Assembly: GCF_006345805.1 (NCBI RefSeq)
Contig: NW_021827776.1
Location: 1 to 9,957, forward strand
Direction: 5' to 3'
Length of the DNA stretch: 9,957 bases
Origin: Octopus sinensis
Lineage: Eukaryota
Below, piece after piece: positions 8,023 to 9,957 of the stretch; position 1 is the stretch's first letter; the number at the start of each line of letters is the position of its first letter. The notes under the pieces were generated by a model. That model worked only from the letters and a program-made list of their open reading frames with translations. It made no database searches and was not told the DNA's origin. The position numbers and the translations under genes were made by a program.

Positions 8023-8511
8023 ATACACCTACTTTTTTATGGATGGCCTCAAGCTATATATAACATGAGAAAGGCCCGGATTCTTTGGTCCAAACAGTAA
8101 GAGTATTCAGCCGAGATATTGGAATGACGTTTGGGGTAAATAAGTGCGCAGATCTAATTAAGAAGAGATGCCGAAAGGTAAACTGAGATGGCGTCGACTT
8201 ACTAGAAGACAACACCGTTGGATCGCAGTGGAATCATGAAGGATACAAATACGTAGGTTTAGTGCAAGAGGATAGGATAACAGAAGGGGAAATGTCAGGC
8301 GAAATTACTGTAGGGTACAGGAGGGAATTGAATCGACGGAAGCAGTGAATACATGGAGTTTGCCAGTGTTGAGACACTTTGCTCCCTTTCTGAAATGGAG
8401 AAAAGGCCAAGCTACAGAGCTTGGGTAGAAGAACTAGCGCAGCGCACACCACACTAAAAAAATAATACTGACGGACTTTACCTGCAAATATAGGAAGGTA
8501 GCAAAGCATTA
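8023..8511 (+). mobile_element. Decayed non-LTR retrotransposon, reverse transcriptase C-terminal fragment, R4/Dong-like (RLE class)
   Basis: Across frameshifts and stops: IHLLF/MDGLKLY (8023-8059, cf. HLLFMDDLKLY); DSLVQTVRVFSRDIGMTFGVNKCA; GYKYVG (8241-8258, cf. YKYLG); AVNTWSLPVLRHFA..W (from 8342, cf. AINTWAVPVLRY); NTDGLYLQI*EGSKAL (8464-8511, cf. DRLYLPRKEGGRGL). Motifs compared from memory of the family. Confidence 0.85.
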
Positions 8512-8520
8512 TTTTGTTGG

Positions 8521-8760
8521 ATATATTTGTGTGCTTGTGTCTGATATGTTTGTCCCCCACCCGCCACTACTACCACATCCACCACCACCATCGCTTGGTA
8601 ACCGATGCTAATGTGTTTATGTCCCCGTAACTTAGCTGTTCGATAGAATGAGTACTGGGTTTACAAAGAATAAATCCTCGACTCGATTTGTACGACTAAA
8701 ACTCCTTAAGGTGGTGCTCCAGCATGGCCGCAGTCAAATGACTGAAACAAATCAAATCAA
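8521..8760 (+). mobile_element. SINE family A-related 3' half, copy A5 (distinct variant)
   Basis: TGTTTGTCCCCC...AACCGATGCT...GTCCCCGTAACTTAGC...GATAGAATGAGTACT...GTGCTCCAGCATGGCCGCAGTCAAATGACTGAAACAA aligns to A3 5671-5853. It has extra CCACCACCA and ACTCCTT segments, a 13-nt deletion, and no tRNA head. Confidence 0.88.
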
Positions 8761-8782
8761 AATAACAGAAGTAAAAAAAAAG

Positions 8783-8985
8783 AATACTACTGAAGCAAGG
8801 AGACCAGATGTGATGATAGAGGAGGCAAAATAAACGGTGTAAGATCCTAGATGGAAAAATCAGTGTGGAGGAAATTCAGAACTTTGATTCCTATTAGAAT
8901 GGTGCCAGAAGAGCTGAAGAGACTGTGGAAGGCTGAGACAACAATTATTCCTGTGGTAATTGGTGCACACGGCACAACACCCGAT
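8783..8985 (+). mobile_element. Decayed non-LTR retrotransposon, restriction-like endonuclease (PD..D) fragment, same element as 8023-8511
   Basis: EARRPDVMI (8792-8818), CKILD (8838-8852) and EELKRLWKAETTIIPVVIGAHGTTP (8908-8982) resemble the R4-clade C-terminal pattern RRPDIVV..C.IID..EI.RLW....VPIVVGALG.IP. Confidence 0.8.
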
Positions 8986-9026
8986 GTTTAATTTTGGTTT
9001 TAATGCCGCGATTTTGAGGGTAGAGA

Positions 9027-9178
9027 TTTAATCGTTGCCTTCGGTCTCAGTACTTGACTGGTGATTTATTTTGTCGGCCCTGAATAGATAAAAGGTAAAT
9101 TCGAATTGGGTTGGAATTTGATCTCGGAACCTAAAGACAGACGAAATGCCACTAAACATGTTTTCCTGTCTTTACGTT
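9027..9178 (-). mobile_element. SINE family B, copy B1 (decayed)
   Basis: CAGTACTTGACTGGT..TTATTTTGTCGGC..GGAATTTGATCTCGGAACCTAAAGA aligns to B2 (CAGTACGTGACTGGT.CTTATTTTATCGGC..TTCGAATTCAGAACGTGAAGA); B box-like GAGATCAAATTCC on minus. Confidence 0.75.
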
Positions 9179-9183
9179 CGGAC

Positions 9184-9261
9184 AAGATCAACAAGGCAGG
9201 ATTTGGGGTCAGAACTGGAGCCAATAACGCAAGGCGTCTTGTAACGATTCTGCAAATCCAC
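9184..9261 (-). mobile_element. SINE family B, short head fragment B1b
   Basis: GGCAGGATTTGGGGTCAGAAC and TAACGATTCTGCAAATCCAC align to B2's GGCGTATTTCGAATTCAGAAC and TAACGGTTCTGTCAGCTCGC (13/20 in the second block). Confidence 0.5.
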
Positions 9262-9319
9262 AATGTCTACAAAACTAATTATTTCAAACTTTGGTCAGCA
9301 ATTTTATCGGGTGGGAGCA

Positions 9320-9493
9320 GTCGGTTTCATTGAATCCAGTACGTGACTGGTACTTATTTTATCGGCTCCGGAAGAATGAAGACAAATTGACCCTCGGCGT
9401 ATTTCGAATTCAGAACGTGAAGAAGCGAGAAAGAAAAAGCAAATGCTTCTAACCATTTTGCTCGACATTCTAACGGTTCTGTCAGCTCGCTGC
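9320..9493 (-). mobile_element. SINE family B, copy B2 (best preserved)
   Basis: Minus-strand head GCAGCGAGCTGACAGAACCGTTAG (A box-like, 9472-9484); degenerate B box GAATTCGAAATAC (9399-9411); core CCGATAAAATAAGTACCAGTC. Matches my recollection of a common Octopus tRNA-derived SINE. Confidence 0.8.
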
Positions 9494-9547
9494 ATTTATG
9501 GTTTTAAGTTTTCGCACGGTGCCAGTAGTTATAGCGAAGAGGCATAA

Positions 9548-9712
9548 TCCGTTACATCGACTCCCAAAATTTCACCGCTGCTTTATTTTATCGCCCTCGA
9601 CATGAGGAGCCGACATAAGTGAATATAAGCGTTATTGAACCCAGAACCTTAAAGAGCCAATGTGTGCTGCAAGGTTGCTTTCTAAAACTAACAACCCTGA
9701 CAACCCACCGCC
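9548..9712 (-). mobile_element. SINE family B, copy B3 (highly diverged)
   Basis: Anchors TTACATCGAC, TTTATTTTATCG, GAACCCAGAAC and CTAAC...TGACAACCCACCGCC occur in the same order and at similar spacing as in B2. Confidence 0.55.
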
Positions 9713-9957
9713 TTTAGAATCGTAAAAAATAACGATAAAGAAGTCACGATAACGAGTGGGTTTGACCATACAGCATACTACGTTACACCCGAGGCTTATT
9801 TTAACTTTTTCTCTGCTTTATCTGCTCTATTTAATAGCTTATTGCTTCAAACAAAATTCTGTTTCTCTCATCGTTGTAATTGGTTAAAAATAAAAGAAAA
9901 CAAAAAGCTTTTGCTAGCTACTTTATAATTAAATTTCTGTGTGTTAAACAAATCCTA

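Noticed and set aside
6525-8100. Poly-L/S/K/N/A/V ORFs and an apparent polyQ (CAG)n tract
   Set aside because: Trinucleotide-repeat artefacts; the CAG frame runs directly into TAG repeats.

Overview
Repeat-saturated, AT-rich animal genomic DNA with no credible intact protein-coding gene; nearly all listed ORFs are microsatellite artefacts. The SINE families match my recollection of abundant Octopus tRNA-derived SINEs, so the source is probably an octopus (inference, no database search). Contents: five copies or fragments of SINE family A (tRNA head, internal microsatellite, A-rich tail); four same-strand decayed copies of a second SINE family B; a decayed R4/Dong-like non-LTR retrotransposon (RT and restriction-like endonuclease fragments) abutting an (AAT)17 tract, with its middle replaced by half a SINE; and long di- and trinucleotide repeats. 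Three less obvious signals: a fully foldable minimal type I hammerhead-ribozyme-like motif with a swapped G3-C8 core pair (3212-3261), a 72%-identical inverted repeat with ~140-bp arms (1203-1601), and a CpG-rich promoter-like island (~3720-4330) containing an alternating 10/20-bp minisatellite and a strong-context ATG whose frame is broken by one TGA.
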